DNA of 64,000 bases from a virus (lineage: Duplodnaviria > Caudoviricetes): IMG/VR virus record IMGVR_UViG_3300021387_000299, positions 32,001-96,000 of that record; one strand, 5' to 3'. Positions 9,803-19,819 of this stretch are shown one piece after another. A model generated the notes under the pieces. That model searched no databases, was not told the DNA's origin, and saw only the letters and a list, made by a program, of their open reading frames with translations. The translations under genes and the position numbers were made by a program. Numbering within the stretch: the stretch's first letter is position 1; each line of letters starts with the position of its first letter.

Positions 9803-10856
9803 TGATATATTCGATCTCCTTCTTGAATGGGGAGGAGATCCTCAATATGCCAGTTTTGGCATTCTTGCAGAAACTATAGACCATAATCCGCCAGGAGAAG
9901 GAAGTCGCAAACTATATTATTACGAAAATAGTGGACTTTTTAAATCATATACTGGTGGAGATGATACGTTTGATATATTTGAACTTGCAATGAAAGTATA
10001 TGAAATCCAAAAGAAGCAAATACTCAATTTAAATGATGCAATTAGATTGGTTGCTTTTAGATTTGGAATTTCTGGTTCATTTGTTCTTGAAGAAAAACAG
10101 GAATTAGAAGATTGGTCTATATTTAGTAATTATGATAGAATCCAACAGATTGAAGTAAAGAAATACGATGTTGTATTACAGCAATATAATAAAAATATAT
10201 TAAAAGTATTTAACTACGATTTAAAAATAGTTCCATGGCTAAATGAAAATATAACACAGGAAATATTAGATTTTAATAAAATCGGTTATTTCCCCGGCGG
10301 AAACCAGATTACAATTCCTCATTATGACCAGAATGGACGGCTCGTAGGTATCCGCGGCCGCACATTGAGTAAAGAAGATGGCGAAATTTATGGAAAATAT
10401 CGTCCATTGATTGTAAACAAAGTTATGTATAATCATCCTCTTGGAATGAATTTATATAACTTAAATAATTCTAAAAATAATATTAAAAATACTGGTCGTG
10501 CTATTATATTTGAAGGAGAGAAATCTTGTTTAAAATACCAGTCATATTTTGGAAATGAGAATGATGTTTCAGTAGCTTGCTGTGGTAGTAATATCTCTGG
10601 TTATCAGATAAATTTATTACTAGAGCTTGGCGCAAGAGAAATCATTGTAGCATTGGATCGTCAGTTTCAAGATATAGGCGATGATGAATTTAAAAAATTG
10701 ACAAAGAATTTAATAAAATTATATAATAAATATGGGAATTATGTAAAAATTACCTTTATATTTGATAAACATATGATAACTGGATATAAAGATTCTCCTA
10801 TTGATAATGGAAAAGAAAAATTCTTACAGCTATTAAAAGAAAGGATTTCATTATAA
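9756..10856 (+). CDS. dnaG: DNA primase (TOPRIM)
   Basis: IPHYD..GRLVGIRGR, IIFEGEKS, IIVALDRQ motifs; GTG at 9756 (or TTG 9750) after AAGGAG. Confidence 0.85.
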   Translation: MINYDKQEIKDALTTSDIFDLLLEWGGDPQYASFGILAETIDHNPPGEGSRKLYYYENSGLFKSYTGGDDTFDIFELAMKVYEIQKKQILNLNDAIRLVAFRFGISGSFVLEEKQELEDWSIFSNYDRIQQIEVKKYDVVLQQYNKNILKVFNYDLKIVPWLNENITQEILDFNKIGYFPGGNQITIPHYDQNGRLVGIRGRTLSKEDGEIYGKYRPLIVNKVMYNHPLGMNLYNLNNSKNNIKNTGRAIIFEGEKSCLKYQSYFGNENDVSVACCGSNISGYQINLLLELGAREIIVALDRQFQDIGDDEFKKLTKNLIKLYNKYGNYVKITFIFDKHMITGYKDSPIDNGKEKFLQLLKERISL

Positions 10857-11563
10857 TGGATAGAAAAGAACATATTCTTAATATAGAAAAAAAGTTTAAA
10901 TATGAACTTATCCAATGCTTTCTTGATAGCGTAATTTATACTAATTTTTCCCACTTTAAAGATAAAACAAAGGAGAAACATTGTCCAAATATACAAATAT
11001 TGGATAATATTGGTTCTATAGAAAGTATACCATATGGCACTGGTAAAATTGCACTATTAGTATTTGCTGATCCATATTTATGTGGTGGTTTATATTTCCA
11101 AGGCGCAACAACCCAAGAGGAAAGAATATGCGATGAAACCACTTTATATAATATTTTATTTAGATTTAAACGATTGGGATATTATAATTTAAACAGATGT
11201 ATTTGTGCGGCGGATCCTGTAGATTATAATAAAAATTGCATTTATATTCCTAATGTCAGAGTTTTATCTACAAACCAAAAAATTAATATCATTCACTGTG
11301 CAGCCCCAAATGCAGAAACTCAATTAAATACAAGTGTTGAAATGGCAAATCAAATTGCTTTAATACATAATGTTGCTTGTGAAAATGATATAAATACATT
11401 AATTTTGGGTATGTTTGGATGTGGGGCATTTGAAAACGATCCCAAAATGGTTGGAAGTATTTTTAAGAAAGAATTTGAAACAAGCCCTATAAATAAAATT
11501 ATATTTCCAATGTATGAAAGTGATGAATATAAAAAGAATGAATTTTTAAAAGGACTACTTTAA
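10856..11563 (+). CDS. TIGR02452/DUF2263-type macrodomain ADP-ribose glycohydrolase (bacterial PARG-like)
   Basis: FAD...GG....GATTQEERIC..TTLY, CAAPN and LILGMFGCGAFENDP signature motifs. Confidence 0.8.
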   Translation: MDRKEHILNIEKKFKYELIQCFLDSVIYTNFSHFKDKTKEKHCPNIQILDNIGSIESIPYGTGKIALLVFADPYLCGGLYFQGATTQEERICDETTLYNILFRFKRLGYYNLNRCICAADPVDYNKNCIYIPNVRVLSTNQKINIIHCAAPNAETQLNTSVEMANQIALIHNVACENDINTLILGMFGCGAFENDPKMVGSIFKKEFETSPINKIIFPMYESDEYKKNEFLKGLL

Positions 11564-11565
11564 TT

Positions 11566-13305
11566 ATGCAATATAAATTAATAAATGAAGAAAATACACA
11601 AGGTTCAGCCTTATATAGAGTTTTACGAAATAGAGGGATTAAAGACCCTTATCATTATTTAAATACAACAGATGAAGATATTATTGATCCAGCAACGATT
11701 CATAATATGCGAGAATCTGCTCAAAAGTTAATGCAGCATGTAGCTGCTGAACACGATATATTTATTAATGTGGATAGTGACTGTGATGGTTATACAAGTT
11801 CAGCATTTTTAATAAATTATCTATATCATATCTTTCCAAGTTTCTCAACATCACATATTACTTGGGGAATGCATACAGATAAAGGCCACGGATTATTAAT
11901 GGATCAGATTTTAGCAAAAAAACCACAATTAGTTATTTGTCCAGATGCAGGGAGTGAAGAATATGAAAAACATAAAGAACTTGTCGAAAACAAAATTGAC
12001 CTTATTATCATTGACCATCATAACGCTGATCATTACAGCGAATTCGGAACCGTCATTAATAATCAACTTGATGGTGGCTATCCCACAAAATCTCTCAGTG
12101 GCGTGGGGATGGTTTATAAATTCTGTTCCTACCTTGATCAGCTTGGGGAGACCTCATACGCCGATGAGTTGCTAGATATTGCGGCCCTTGGTCTTATTGC
12201 CGATGTAATGCCATTAAGGGATTATGAAACCAGAAGATTAATAGATAAAGGACTATCCAATATTGAAAATCCTTTTATCAAAGCAATGGTGGCTAAAAAC
12301 GAATATTCATTAAAGGGAAAAGTTACTCCAACTGGAGTTGCCTGGTATATTGCGCCGGCCGTTAATGCAGTAACAAGAGTTGGCACACAAAAAGAAAAGG
12401 AAATCTTATTTGAATCTTTCTTGAATCACAAAGCATATACTCTAATTTCTTCTACCAAAAGAGGGCATAAAGTTGGTGATACAGAAACCGTCGTTGAACA
12501 GGCATGCCGAGTTTGCAATAACGCTAAAAATAGACAGAATAAAACAAGAGACGCATTAGTAGAAAGTATTGATTTTCAGATTAAAAATGAACATCTTTTG
12601 GACAATAAAATCTTATTTGTTAAGATTGATGCGCCAACAGAGGATAGTAGAACTATTACAGGTTTAATTGCCAACAAATTAATGTCTACATATGGGCATC
12701 CTGTAATGCTGTTAAATAAAACTTTTGATGAAGAAACTGGCGAATTAACATGGTCTGGCTCAGGTAGGAATAATCCAACAGCTGGAGTTGAATCATTACA
12801 GCAATTGGCAAAAGATAGTGGTTATTTCACCCTTGCGCAAGGACATGACAACGCACTTGGTTTATCTATTCCTGATTCAAACGTTGAGAAATTCTTGGTT
12901 TATAGCAATGCACTATTGAAAGATTGTAAATTTACTCCAGTTTATAATGTAGATATTGAATTCTTGGCAAATAAAATTGATAAAGCAGATATACTTGAAT
13001 TGGCCGATGCAAACAGTGTTTGGGGACAAGAAGTAGATGAGCCTCTTGTTGCAATAAAGAATGTTTCAATTACTAAAAACAATTTAAATTTATTTGGTTC
13101 AACATTAAAGATTGGTTTACCAGATAATATTTCTATCGTCAAATTTAAGAGTTCTCAAGACGAATTTGATGCATTAAATCCTGGCGAAGGATGTATTATT
13201 ATTGATGTAGTTGGCAGATGCATGAGAAATACTGGCTGGGATAATGAACCTCAAATTATATTAGAAGATTATGAAATCGTGCGCAAACAAGAATATTATT
13301 TCTAA
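11566..13305 (+). CDS. recJ: RecJ-like ssDNA exonuclease (DHH family)
   Basis: DSDCDGYTS, IIDHH, LSGVGMVYK, GLIADVM, AQGHDNALG motifs. Confidence 0.92.
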   Translation: MQYKLINEENTQGSALYRVLRNRGIKDPYHYLNTTDEDIIDPATIHNMRESAQKLMQHVAAEHDIFINVDSDCDGYTSSAFLINYLYHIFPSFSTSHITWGMHTDKGHGLLMDQILAKKPQLVICPDAGSEEYEKHKELVENKIDLIIIDHHNADHYSEFGTVINNQLDGGYPTKSLSGVGMVYKFCSYLDQLGETSYADELLDIAALGLIADVMPLRDYETRRLIDKGLSNIENPFIKAMVAKNEYSLKGKVTPTGVAWYIAPAVNAVTRVGTQKEKEILFESFLNHKAYTLISSTKRGHKVGDTETVVEQACRVCNNAKNRQNKTRDALVESIDFQIKNEHLLDNKILFVKIDAPTEDSRTITGLIANKLMSTYGHPVMLLNKTFDEETGELTWSGSGRNNPTAGVESLQQLAKDSGYFTLAQGHDNALGLSIPDSNVEKFLVYSNALLKDCKFTPVYNVDIEFLANKIDKADILELADANSVWGQEVDEPLVAIKNVSITKNNLNLFGSTLKIGLPDNISIVKFKSSQDEFDALNPGEGCIIIDVVGRCMRNTGWDNEPQIILEDYEIVRKQEYYF

Positions 13306-13323
13306 TTTGAAAGTGCGATTAAG

Positions 13324-13388
13324 CTGCTCCGGCCGGCACTGGGTGTGTGCGCCGACAGCAGGAATAAAAATCCCTTTGGGAAATTTTG
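13324..13388 (+). other. GC-rich intergenic nested stem-loop (candidate structured RNA/DNA element)
   Basis: CTGCT-c-CGGC-cg-GCAC-tgggtgt-GTGC-GCCG-ac-AGCAG, then a small TCCC/GGGA hairpin; GC-rich in an AT-rich genome. Confidence 0.4.
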
Positions 13389-13397
13389 GAGGTAAAT

Positions 13398-13661
13398 ATG
13401 AGTAAAACGATAAATACCAATATTAAGTTTGGATATGGATCAGGGACAGGAGACTGGACTGGCATAGAAGATTCTAAAACATCTGAGCCATATTCTGGAG
13501 GTTGGTGGGGAATATACCCGCCCTATCCGCCATACTATGAAATATGTTGGCATAGACTACCTTGCGGTGATTGCCAATTGACTGGACGACCATGTACGCA
13601 TGATGGGTATTATACAACAAATACATACAAAATTACAAGCGATACAAAAACAGAGGATTAA
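13398..13661 (+). CDS. hypothetical Cys-containing protein
   Basis: GGAGG RBS, ATG 13398; CWHRLPCGDCQLTGRPC. Confidence 0.6.
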   Translation: MSKTINTNIKFGYGSGTGDWTGIEDSKTSEPYSGGWWGIYPPYPPYYEICWHRLPCGDCQLTGRPCTHDGYYTTNTYKITSDTKTED

Positions 13662-13700
13662 ATCCTCTTTTTTGTATTTTTGAATAAAATATGATATAAT
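13652..13700 (+). promoter_or_regulatory. terminator hairpin followed by sigA promoter
   Basis: AGAGGATT-a-AATCCTCT + T-run; TTGTAT (13672-13677)-17-TATAAT (13695-13700). Confidence 0.7.
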
Positions 13701-13727
13701 AAATATATAAAAAGAAAGGTAACAAAT

Positions 13728-14018
13728 ATGATAGAAATTAAGGGTTCAAAATATCAATTAGATAATTTAAAAGAAATAATTGAGAATGGATTAATGCACA
13801 CGCGAGATCCTTTGGGATGCGAACCATGCTGCAGATTAGATGAAGATGATCCTCATTATAATGATTGTAAATACTGTTTTCATAATTATGTAGACAATAT
13901 TCTTGAATGGTATAACTCAGATACTGAATGTATTCGACATGATGAAAATGGCAAATGGCGACAGTACCCAGCTGAAAAAATAAAGTGGAATAAAGGTGAT
14001 AATATATGGAAGATATAA
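13728..14018 (+). CDS. hypothetical protein
   Basis: 96-aa ORF after a promoter, overlapping the next gene. Confidence 0.65.
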   Translation: MIEIKGSKYQLDNLKEIIENGLMHTRDPLGCEPCCRLDEDDPHYNDCKYCFHNYVDNILEWYNSDTECIRHDENGKWRQYPAEKIKWNKGDNIWKI

Positions 14019-15211
14019 TCTTGACAGAAAAGCAAAAAATAGGGTTAGAATTGGCAGTAGAACGATATAATCAACATAAGCCATATACCTGTATATCAGG
14101 ATATGCCGGATCAGGAAAAAGCACACTTGTTAAATTTATAATTCAGGCATTAGGCATCGCGCCATATGATGTCTGTTTTATTGCATATACTGGCAAGGCC
14201 GCCTTGGTTTTAAAAGAAAAAGGTAATTTAAATGCAATGACCGCGCACAAGTTACTTTATCAATCCTATCCAAAATCAGATGGGACATTCTTTCATATGC
14301 CGCGCAAACCTCTTGAATATCCATATAAATTAATTGTAGTAGATGAAGTATCAATGCTACCAAAAGATATGTGGGAATTACTATTGAGCCATAAAATTTA
14401 TGTAATTGCGCTGGGTGATCCCGGACAGTTACCTCCTTTAACGGATGATAATGGTGTCTTACAGAAACCGCATGTTTTCTTAGATGAAATTATGCGCCAA
14501 GCCCAAGAGTCAGAAATTATTCGAGTATCTATGGATATTCGAGCTGGAAAATCTTTGCCTAAATTTAGAGGAAAAGAAGTTCAAATTATTGATAAAGAAG
14601 ATCTTGTCAGCGGAATGCTGCAATGGGCGGATCAAATCATTGTAGCAAAGAACACCACAAGACATTACTACAATGATCTAATGCGTGATTATATTTTTGG
14701 CGAGCATCCTAAAACTCCATTGGAAGGAGATAAGGTAATTTGTTTGCGCAATGACTGGAATACTATCACGCCTCTTGGAGATGTTTTAGTAAATGGATTA
14801 ACTGGATATCTTAGTAATATCACATATGAAGATAATCACTATATGCCAGCGCAAATTAGAAAGCAGATGCCAATGCTGATGTATGCCGACTTTATTCCAG
14901 ATCATTATGAAGATAATTCTCCGCAAGTGTTATATGGTGATGGAGTATTTGATCAAGTCAATATGGACTACAAATTATTCACAGAGTGGCAACCAACAGT
15001 GAATAAAGATAATTTTAGAAAGATCCCACAAAAGATGAAACCGCATGAATTTGACTATGGATATGCAATTACCGCACATAAATCTCAAGGTTCTGAATAT
15101 GATAAGGTTTTAGTTTTTGAAGAGGATTTCCCTCGTGGAGATGAACATAAACGTTGGTTATATACAGCGGTAACTAGAGCTAAAGAGAAATTAGTTATAG
15201 TGAGAAAGTAG
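14006..15211 (+). CDS. RecD/Dda-like SF1B helicase
   Basis: GYAGSGKS, IVVDEVSM, GDPGQLPP, MRQ, YAITAHKSQGSEY, LYTAVTRAK. Confidence 0.92.
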   Translation: MEDIILTEKQKIGLELAVERYNQHKPYTCISGYAGSGKSTLVKFIIQALGIAPYDVCFIAYTGKAALVLKEKGNLNAMTAHKLLYQSYPKSDGTFFHMPRKPLEYPYKLIVVDEVSMLPKDMWELLLSHKIYVIALGDPGQLPPLTDDNGVLQKPHVFLDEIMRQAQESEIIRVSMDIRAGKSLPKFRGKEVQIIDKEDLVSGMLQWADQIIVAKNTTRHYYNDLMRDYIFGEHPKTPLEGDKVICLRNDWNTITPLGDVLVNGLTGYLSNITYEDNHYMPAQIRKQMPMLMYADFIPDHYEDNSPQVLYGDGVFDQVNMDYKLFTEWQPTVNKDNFRKIPQKMKPHEFDYGYAITAHKSQGSEYDKVLVFEEDFPRGDEHKRWLYTAVTRAKEKLVIVRK

Positions 15212-15213
15212 CC

Positions 15214-15242
15214 TTGCCATTCAATAAAAATTATGGTATAAT
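15214..15242 (+). promoter_or_regulatory. sigA-type promoter
   Basis: TTGCCA-17-TATAAT with TGn. Confidence 0.8.
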
Positions 15243-15264
15243 AATATAAAGAGAGGTGTAAGAA

Positions 15265-18200
15265 ATGATTCCTCGTTTTGAAGTTCACTCACATAGTCAT
15301 TATAGTAATTTTAGAATTATTGATAGCATTAATAAGCCAAAAGATTTAATTAACCGAGCGATAGAGCTCGGTCTTTCTGGCATTGCATTAACCGACCATG
15401 AAACATTGGCTGGCGCACCGGAAATTAATCTTTATGCGCAAGAAATTCAGAAAACAAATCCGAATTTTAAAATCGCTATTGGTAATGAGATTTATCTTAC
15501 AGAAACAAGAGAAAAAGGTCAGAAGTATTATCATTTTATTTTAATTAGTAAAGATAAGATTGGTTGGAGAATGTTAAGAGAATTATCTTCTAATTCTTGG
15601 ATGCAAAGTTATTCTGATCGAGGATTGGAAAGAGTTCCAACTTTATATTCTGAACTTGAAGAAATTGTAAATAAATATGGTAAGGGTCATTTAATCGCGA
15701 CAAGTGCTTGTATTGGTGGAGAATTATCTTCAACAATTTTAGAACTTATTAAAGCAGAAAAAAAATGTAAAATTCAAAATGAATATGAAAATGTGTATAA
15801 TATAAAAACAAAAATACACTGGTTTATGACCTTTATGAACAGTTTATTTGGAGATGATTTTTATTGTGAAATTGCGCCAGGAATGTCCCCAGAACAGATT
15901 GCAGTTAACAATAGAATGATTTCAATTGCAAATGCGTATAATAAAAAGATTGTCATTGGAACTGATGCTCATTATCTTAAAAAAGAAGATAGATATGTTC
16001 ATGAAGCATATCTTAATTCAAAAGATGGTGAACGAGAGGTTGCATCATTTTATGAATATGCATATCTTCAATCAGAGGAAGATATTAGAAAACATTTAGA
16101 ACCAACTGAATTAGATTATGAAGAATTGTGTGAAAACTCAATAGAAATTTATAATAAAATTGAGAATTATTCAATTCAACATAAGCAAACAATTCCAAGA
16201 GTTAAAGTTAAAGATTATCCTAAAGTTACTTTTGATACATTTCCAGAGACACATCCAATATTAAATGAGATGTCTCATTCAGATGATATATATGAAAGAT
16301 ATTGGGTTTGGGAATGTGTTAATAAATTAGATCAAATAGGAAAATTTAACGAACAATATCTTTCACGACTGGAAGAAGAGGCTGATGTAAAGAAAACGAT
16401 TGGCGAAAAACTTGGAACAAATATGTTCTGTTATCCAATCACTCTTCAGCATTACATTGATATGTTCTGGGATTGTGGAAGTATGGTAGGCGCTGGTCGT
16501 GGTTCCTCATGCTCTGGTTTAAATCATTATTTATTAGGAGTAACCCAACTTGATCCAATCAAATGGAATCTTCCATTCTTTAGATATTTAAATAAAGAAA
16601 GAGTCGAATTGGGTGATATTGATATTGATTTATGTCCATCGAAGCGTCCAATGATTATTGAAAAAATTAAAGAAGAAAGAGGTCAGCATTTTAATCCAGA
16701 TGTTAGTGATTTAGCTCGAAAAAATCTTGGTTGTACTTTAATTGCGACATATGGAACAGAGTCAACAAAAAGCGCAATTTTAACAGCTTGTAGAGGTTAT
16801 AGATCTGAAGAATTTAAGAATGGAATTGACGTTGATCAAGCACAATATTTGTCAGCATTAGTTCCATCAGAAAGAGGATTCGTCTGGCCTTTGGAAGATG
16901 TTGTATATGGAAATGCGGAAAAAGATCGTCAGCCAATTACTCAATTCGTTAATGAAGTAAATAATTATCCAGGTTTGCTTGATATTATGATGGGTATCCA
17001 AGGATTAGTTAAGCAGAGAGGTTCTCATGCTTCTGGTGTTATTTTCTTTGACGAAGATCCGTATGAGTTCGGTGCATTTATGAAAACACCTGGTGGAGAT
17101 ATTATTACACAATTTGATCTTCATATGTGCGAAAGTCTTGGAATGACAAAATTCGATTTCTTAGTCACCGATGTTCAGGATAAATTAGTTGAAACAATTA
17201 ATTTGTTACAGAAGAATGGAGAAATTGAATCTGATTTATCTTTAAGACAAATTTATGATAAATATTTCCATCCAGAAATAATTCCATTAGATTATAAACC
17301 GGCATGGGATGCGATTGAAACTGGTGGTGTAATTAATATTTTCCAGTTTGATTCAGCAGTAGGAGCACAGGCCGCAAAGAAAATTCAGCCAAAAACAATT
17401 CTTGAGTTGGCGGATGCAAATGGTTTGATGAGACTTATGACGGCAGAAAAGGGTGCAGAAACACCAATGGATAAATATGTTCGTTATAAGAAAAATATTG
17501 GTTTATGGTATGAAGAAATGCGTAAAGCTGGATTAAGTCCAGAAGAACAAAAAACTTTAGAGCCATATTTCTTATCTTCATATGGAGTGCCACCAAGCCA
17601 AGAGCAGTTAATGAGAATGTTGATGGATGAAAATATCTGCGGTTTTGGTCTCGCGGAAGCAAACGCCGCACGTAAGATCGTTGGTAAAAAACAGATGAAT
17701 AAAATTCCAGCGTTGAGAGAAAAAGTTTTAACTCAGGCAAAGAGTCCTCAGTTAGGCAGATATGTCTGGCAGTATGGAGTCGGTCCGCAGATGGGTTATT
17801 CATTCTCAATTATTCATGCATTAGCTTATTCATTCATTGGTTATCAAACAGCATATATTGGAACAAGATTTAATCCGATTTATTGGAATACAGCTTGTTT
17901 AACAGTTAATAGTGGATCTATTGGTGGCGGATCAACAGATTATAAAAAGATGGCAAAGGCTCTTGGTGATATTATGAGCGCAGGCATTAAGGTAAGTCTT
18001 GTAGATATTAATAAATCAGCATTGGGTTTTGAACCAGATATTGAAAATAATCAGATTTTGTTTGGTTTAAAGAGTATGTTAAATGTTGGTGATGATGTCA
18101 TTGAGAGAACAATTGCAATGCGTCCATATGCTTCACCGAAAGATTATTTGTTAAGAGTAAAACCGAATAAACAGGCAATGATTAGTTTGATTAAGGGTGG

Positions 18201-19170
18201 TGCGTTCGATCAAATGATTGATCGTAAACTCTTAATGGCTTGGTATATTTGGGAAACTTGTGATAAGAAAAAGAGAATAACTCTTCAGAATATGGCAGGA
18301 TTGATTAAATATCATGTTTTGCCAGAAAACACAGAGGAGCAGGTAACTGCAAGAAGAATCTTTGAGTTTACAAGATATTTAAAGAAATTGTGTTTAAGTC
18401 CAGATAAAACTTATTATATCTTAACTGATAGAGCATTACAGTTCTTATCAGAAATGGGATATGAAGATATAATCATAAGTAGAAATAATAAATATCTGAT
18501 TGTTGGAAAAAATTGGGATAAAATTTATCAACATTGGATGAATGTTCTTAGAAAATGGATTACGGAAGATAAGGATCAAATTTTGCAAAATTTAAATGAT
18601 AAAATTTTCATAGAAGATTGGGAGAAATATGCAAGTGGAACAATCTCTTCTTGGGAAATGGAAGTATTATGTTTCTATTATCATGAGCATGAATTAGCAA
18701 AATTGAATATGAAGAAATATGGATATGCAAATTTCTATGATCTTCCAGAAAGTCCAGTAGTAGTAAGTGCATTTAAGACAAAGAATGGACATACAATTAG
18801 AAAATATCAGCTCCATGTAATTTGCGGAACTTGTATTGCAAAAGATAAAACAAAATCAACTGTAACTTTATTAACAACTGATGGCGTTGTCGATGTAAAG
18901 TTTAGAAAAGATTATTTTGCATTATTTGACAAACAGATTTCTGCTCTTGGCGCAGATGGCGTTAAGCATGTTATTGAAAAGAGTTGGTTTAATAGAGGAA
19001 ATATGATTGTTGTTCAAGGAATAAGAATGGATGACGCTTTTATTCCAAAGAAATATGCAAATACAGGAATGCCCCATCAATTATATAAAATCACAGAAAT
19101 CTCAGAAGATGGAAGTGAAATTGTGCTACAGTCAACAAGAGCACAGGGGGAATATGACGAAGAAGATTAA
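15265..19170 (+). CDS. dnaE: DNA polymerase III alpha subunit (family C)
   Basis: PHP domain (HSHSHYS, ALTDH, GTDAHY), GAGRGS, DIDID catalytic motif, HASGV, KFDFL, YSFS..HA.AYS; 20 Trp, all TGG. Confidence 0.97.
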   Translation: MIPRFEVHSHSHYSNFRIIDSINKPKDLINRAIELGLSGIALTDHETLAGAPEINLYAQEIQKTNPNFKIAIGNEIYLTETREKGQKYYHFILISKDKIGWRMLRELSSNSWMQSYSDRGLERVPTLYSELEEIVNKYGKGHLIATSACIGGELSSTILELIKAEKKCKIQNEYENVYNIKTKIHWFMTFMNSLFGDDFYCEIAPGMSPEQIAVNNRMISIANAYNKKIVIGTDAHYLKKEDRYVHEAYLNSKDGEREVASFYEYAYLQSEEDIRKHLEPTELDYEELCENSIEIYNKIENYSIQHKQTIPRVKVKDYPKVTFDTFPETHPILNEMSHSDDIYERYWVWECVNKLDQIGKFNEQYLSRLEEEADVKKTIGEKLGTNMFCYPITLQHYIDMFWDCGSMVGAGRGSSCSGLNHYLLGVTQLDPIKWNLPFFRYLNKERVELGDIDIDLCPSKRPMIIEKIKEERGQHFNPDVSDLARKNLGCTLIATYGTESTKSAILTACRGYRSEEFKNGIDVDQAQYLSALVPSERGFVWPLEDVVYGNAEKDRQPITQFVNEVNNYPGLLDIMMGIQGLVKQRGSHASGVIFFDEDPYEFGAFMKTPGGDIITQFDLHMCESLGMTKFDFLVTDVQDKLVETINLLQKNGEIESDLSLRQIYDKYFHPEIIPLDYKPAWDAIETGGVINIFQFDSAVGAQAAKKIQPKTILELADANGLMRLMTAEKGAETPMDKYVRYKKNIGLWYEEMRKAGLSPEEQKTLEPYFLSSYGVPPSQEQLMRMLMDENICGFGLAEANAARKIVGKKQMNKIPALREKVLTQAKSPQLGRYVWQYGVGPQMGYSFSIIHALAYSFIGYQTAYIGTRFNPIYWNTACLTVNSGSIGGGSTDYKKMAKALGDIMSAGIKVSLVDINKSALGFEPDIENNQILFGLKSMLNVGDDVIERTIAMRPYASPKDYLLRVKPNKQAMISLIKGGAFDQMIDRKLLMAWYIWETCDKKKRITLQNMAGLIKYHVLPENTEEQVTARRIFEFTRYLKKLCLSPDKTYYILTDRALQFLSEMGYEDIIISRNNKYLIVGKNWDKIYQHWMNVLRKWITEDKDQILQNLNDKIFIEDWEKYASGTISSWEMEVLCFYYHEHELAKLNMKKYGYANFYDLPESPVVVSAFKTKNGHTIRKYQLHVICGTCIAKDKTKSTVTLLTTDGVVDVKFRKDYFALFDKQISALGADGVKHVIEKSWFNRGNMIVVQGIRMDDAFIPKKYANTGMPHQLYKITEISEDGSEIVLQSTRAQGEYDEED

Positions 19171-19741
19171 ATTAATTGCTTTAATTGGCAAGGCTGGTGC
19201 TGGTAAAGACTTTTGGTTAAGAAAAATCTGTGATAATGATGAGTCGATGCATGAAATTATTTCATGCACGACTCGTCCCCCAAGGGCTAATGAAGTAAAT
19301 GGTATAAATTATCATTTTTTAACAGAAGAACAATTTCAAAATGAAACTTTTGTAGAATGGTGTTGTTTTAATAATTGGTATTATGGCACACGATGTTCTG
19401 ATTTAGATGAGAACAAAATAAATATTGGAGTTTTTAATTTAAATGGAGTTGAAAGTTTATTAAAATCTGCCGATGTTGATTTATCAGTTATTTATTTCAC
19501 CGCAGAGGATAAGGTTCGTTTGATACGTCAACTTGAAAGAGACGCATCTAATATTGAAGAAATATTCAGAAGATACTTTACAGATAAAGAAGATTTTAAA
19601 GCAACAAGACTTAATAAGATTGAAATTTCACTCCCAAACAATTATTGGGTTATTGATAATTCAATAAATGATTCATATGATAATGATTATTTTATACTAC
19701 AAGAGATAGATGAAATAATTAAAAAGGTCAAAAATAAATAA
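19154..19741 (+). CDS. gmk: guanylate kinase-like nucleoside monophosphate kinase
   Basis: GKAGAGKD, SCTTRPPRANEVNGINYHF, WYYGT; ATG at 19154 overlapping the dnaE end. Confidence 0.8.
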   Translation: MTKKIKLIALIGKAGAGKDFWLRKICDNDESMHEIISCTTRPPRANEVNGINYHFLTEEQFQNETFVEWCCFNNWYYGTRCSDLDENKINIGVFNLNGVESLLKSADVDLSVIYFTAEDKVRLIRQLERDASNIEEIFRRYFTDKEDFKATRLNKIEISLPNNYWVIDNSINDSYDNDYFILQEIDEIIKKVKNK

Positions 19742-19772
19742 ATTATATATTACAAAAGTTAAATAATATTGA
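19726..19772 (+). promoter_or_regulatory. copy of conserved GGNCARA-TAA-GA upstream motif (putative phage-specific promoter)
   Basis: GGTCAAAAATAAATAA...GTTAAATAATATTGA aligns position-for-position with the copy at 58632-58678. Confidence 0.55.
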
Positions 19773-19819
19773 GTCGTAAAGACTCCTTAACATATATAAA
19801 TAATTAGGAGGAGAACGAT

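Noticed and set aside
19031-19153. Long N-terminal extension of the guanylate kinase-like ORF
   Set aside because: Overlaps dnaE; ATG 19154 with AGGGGG RBS directly precedes the P-loop strand
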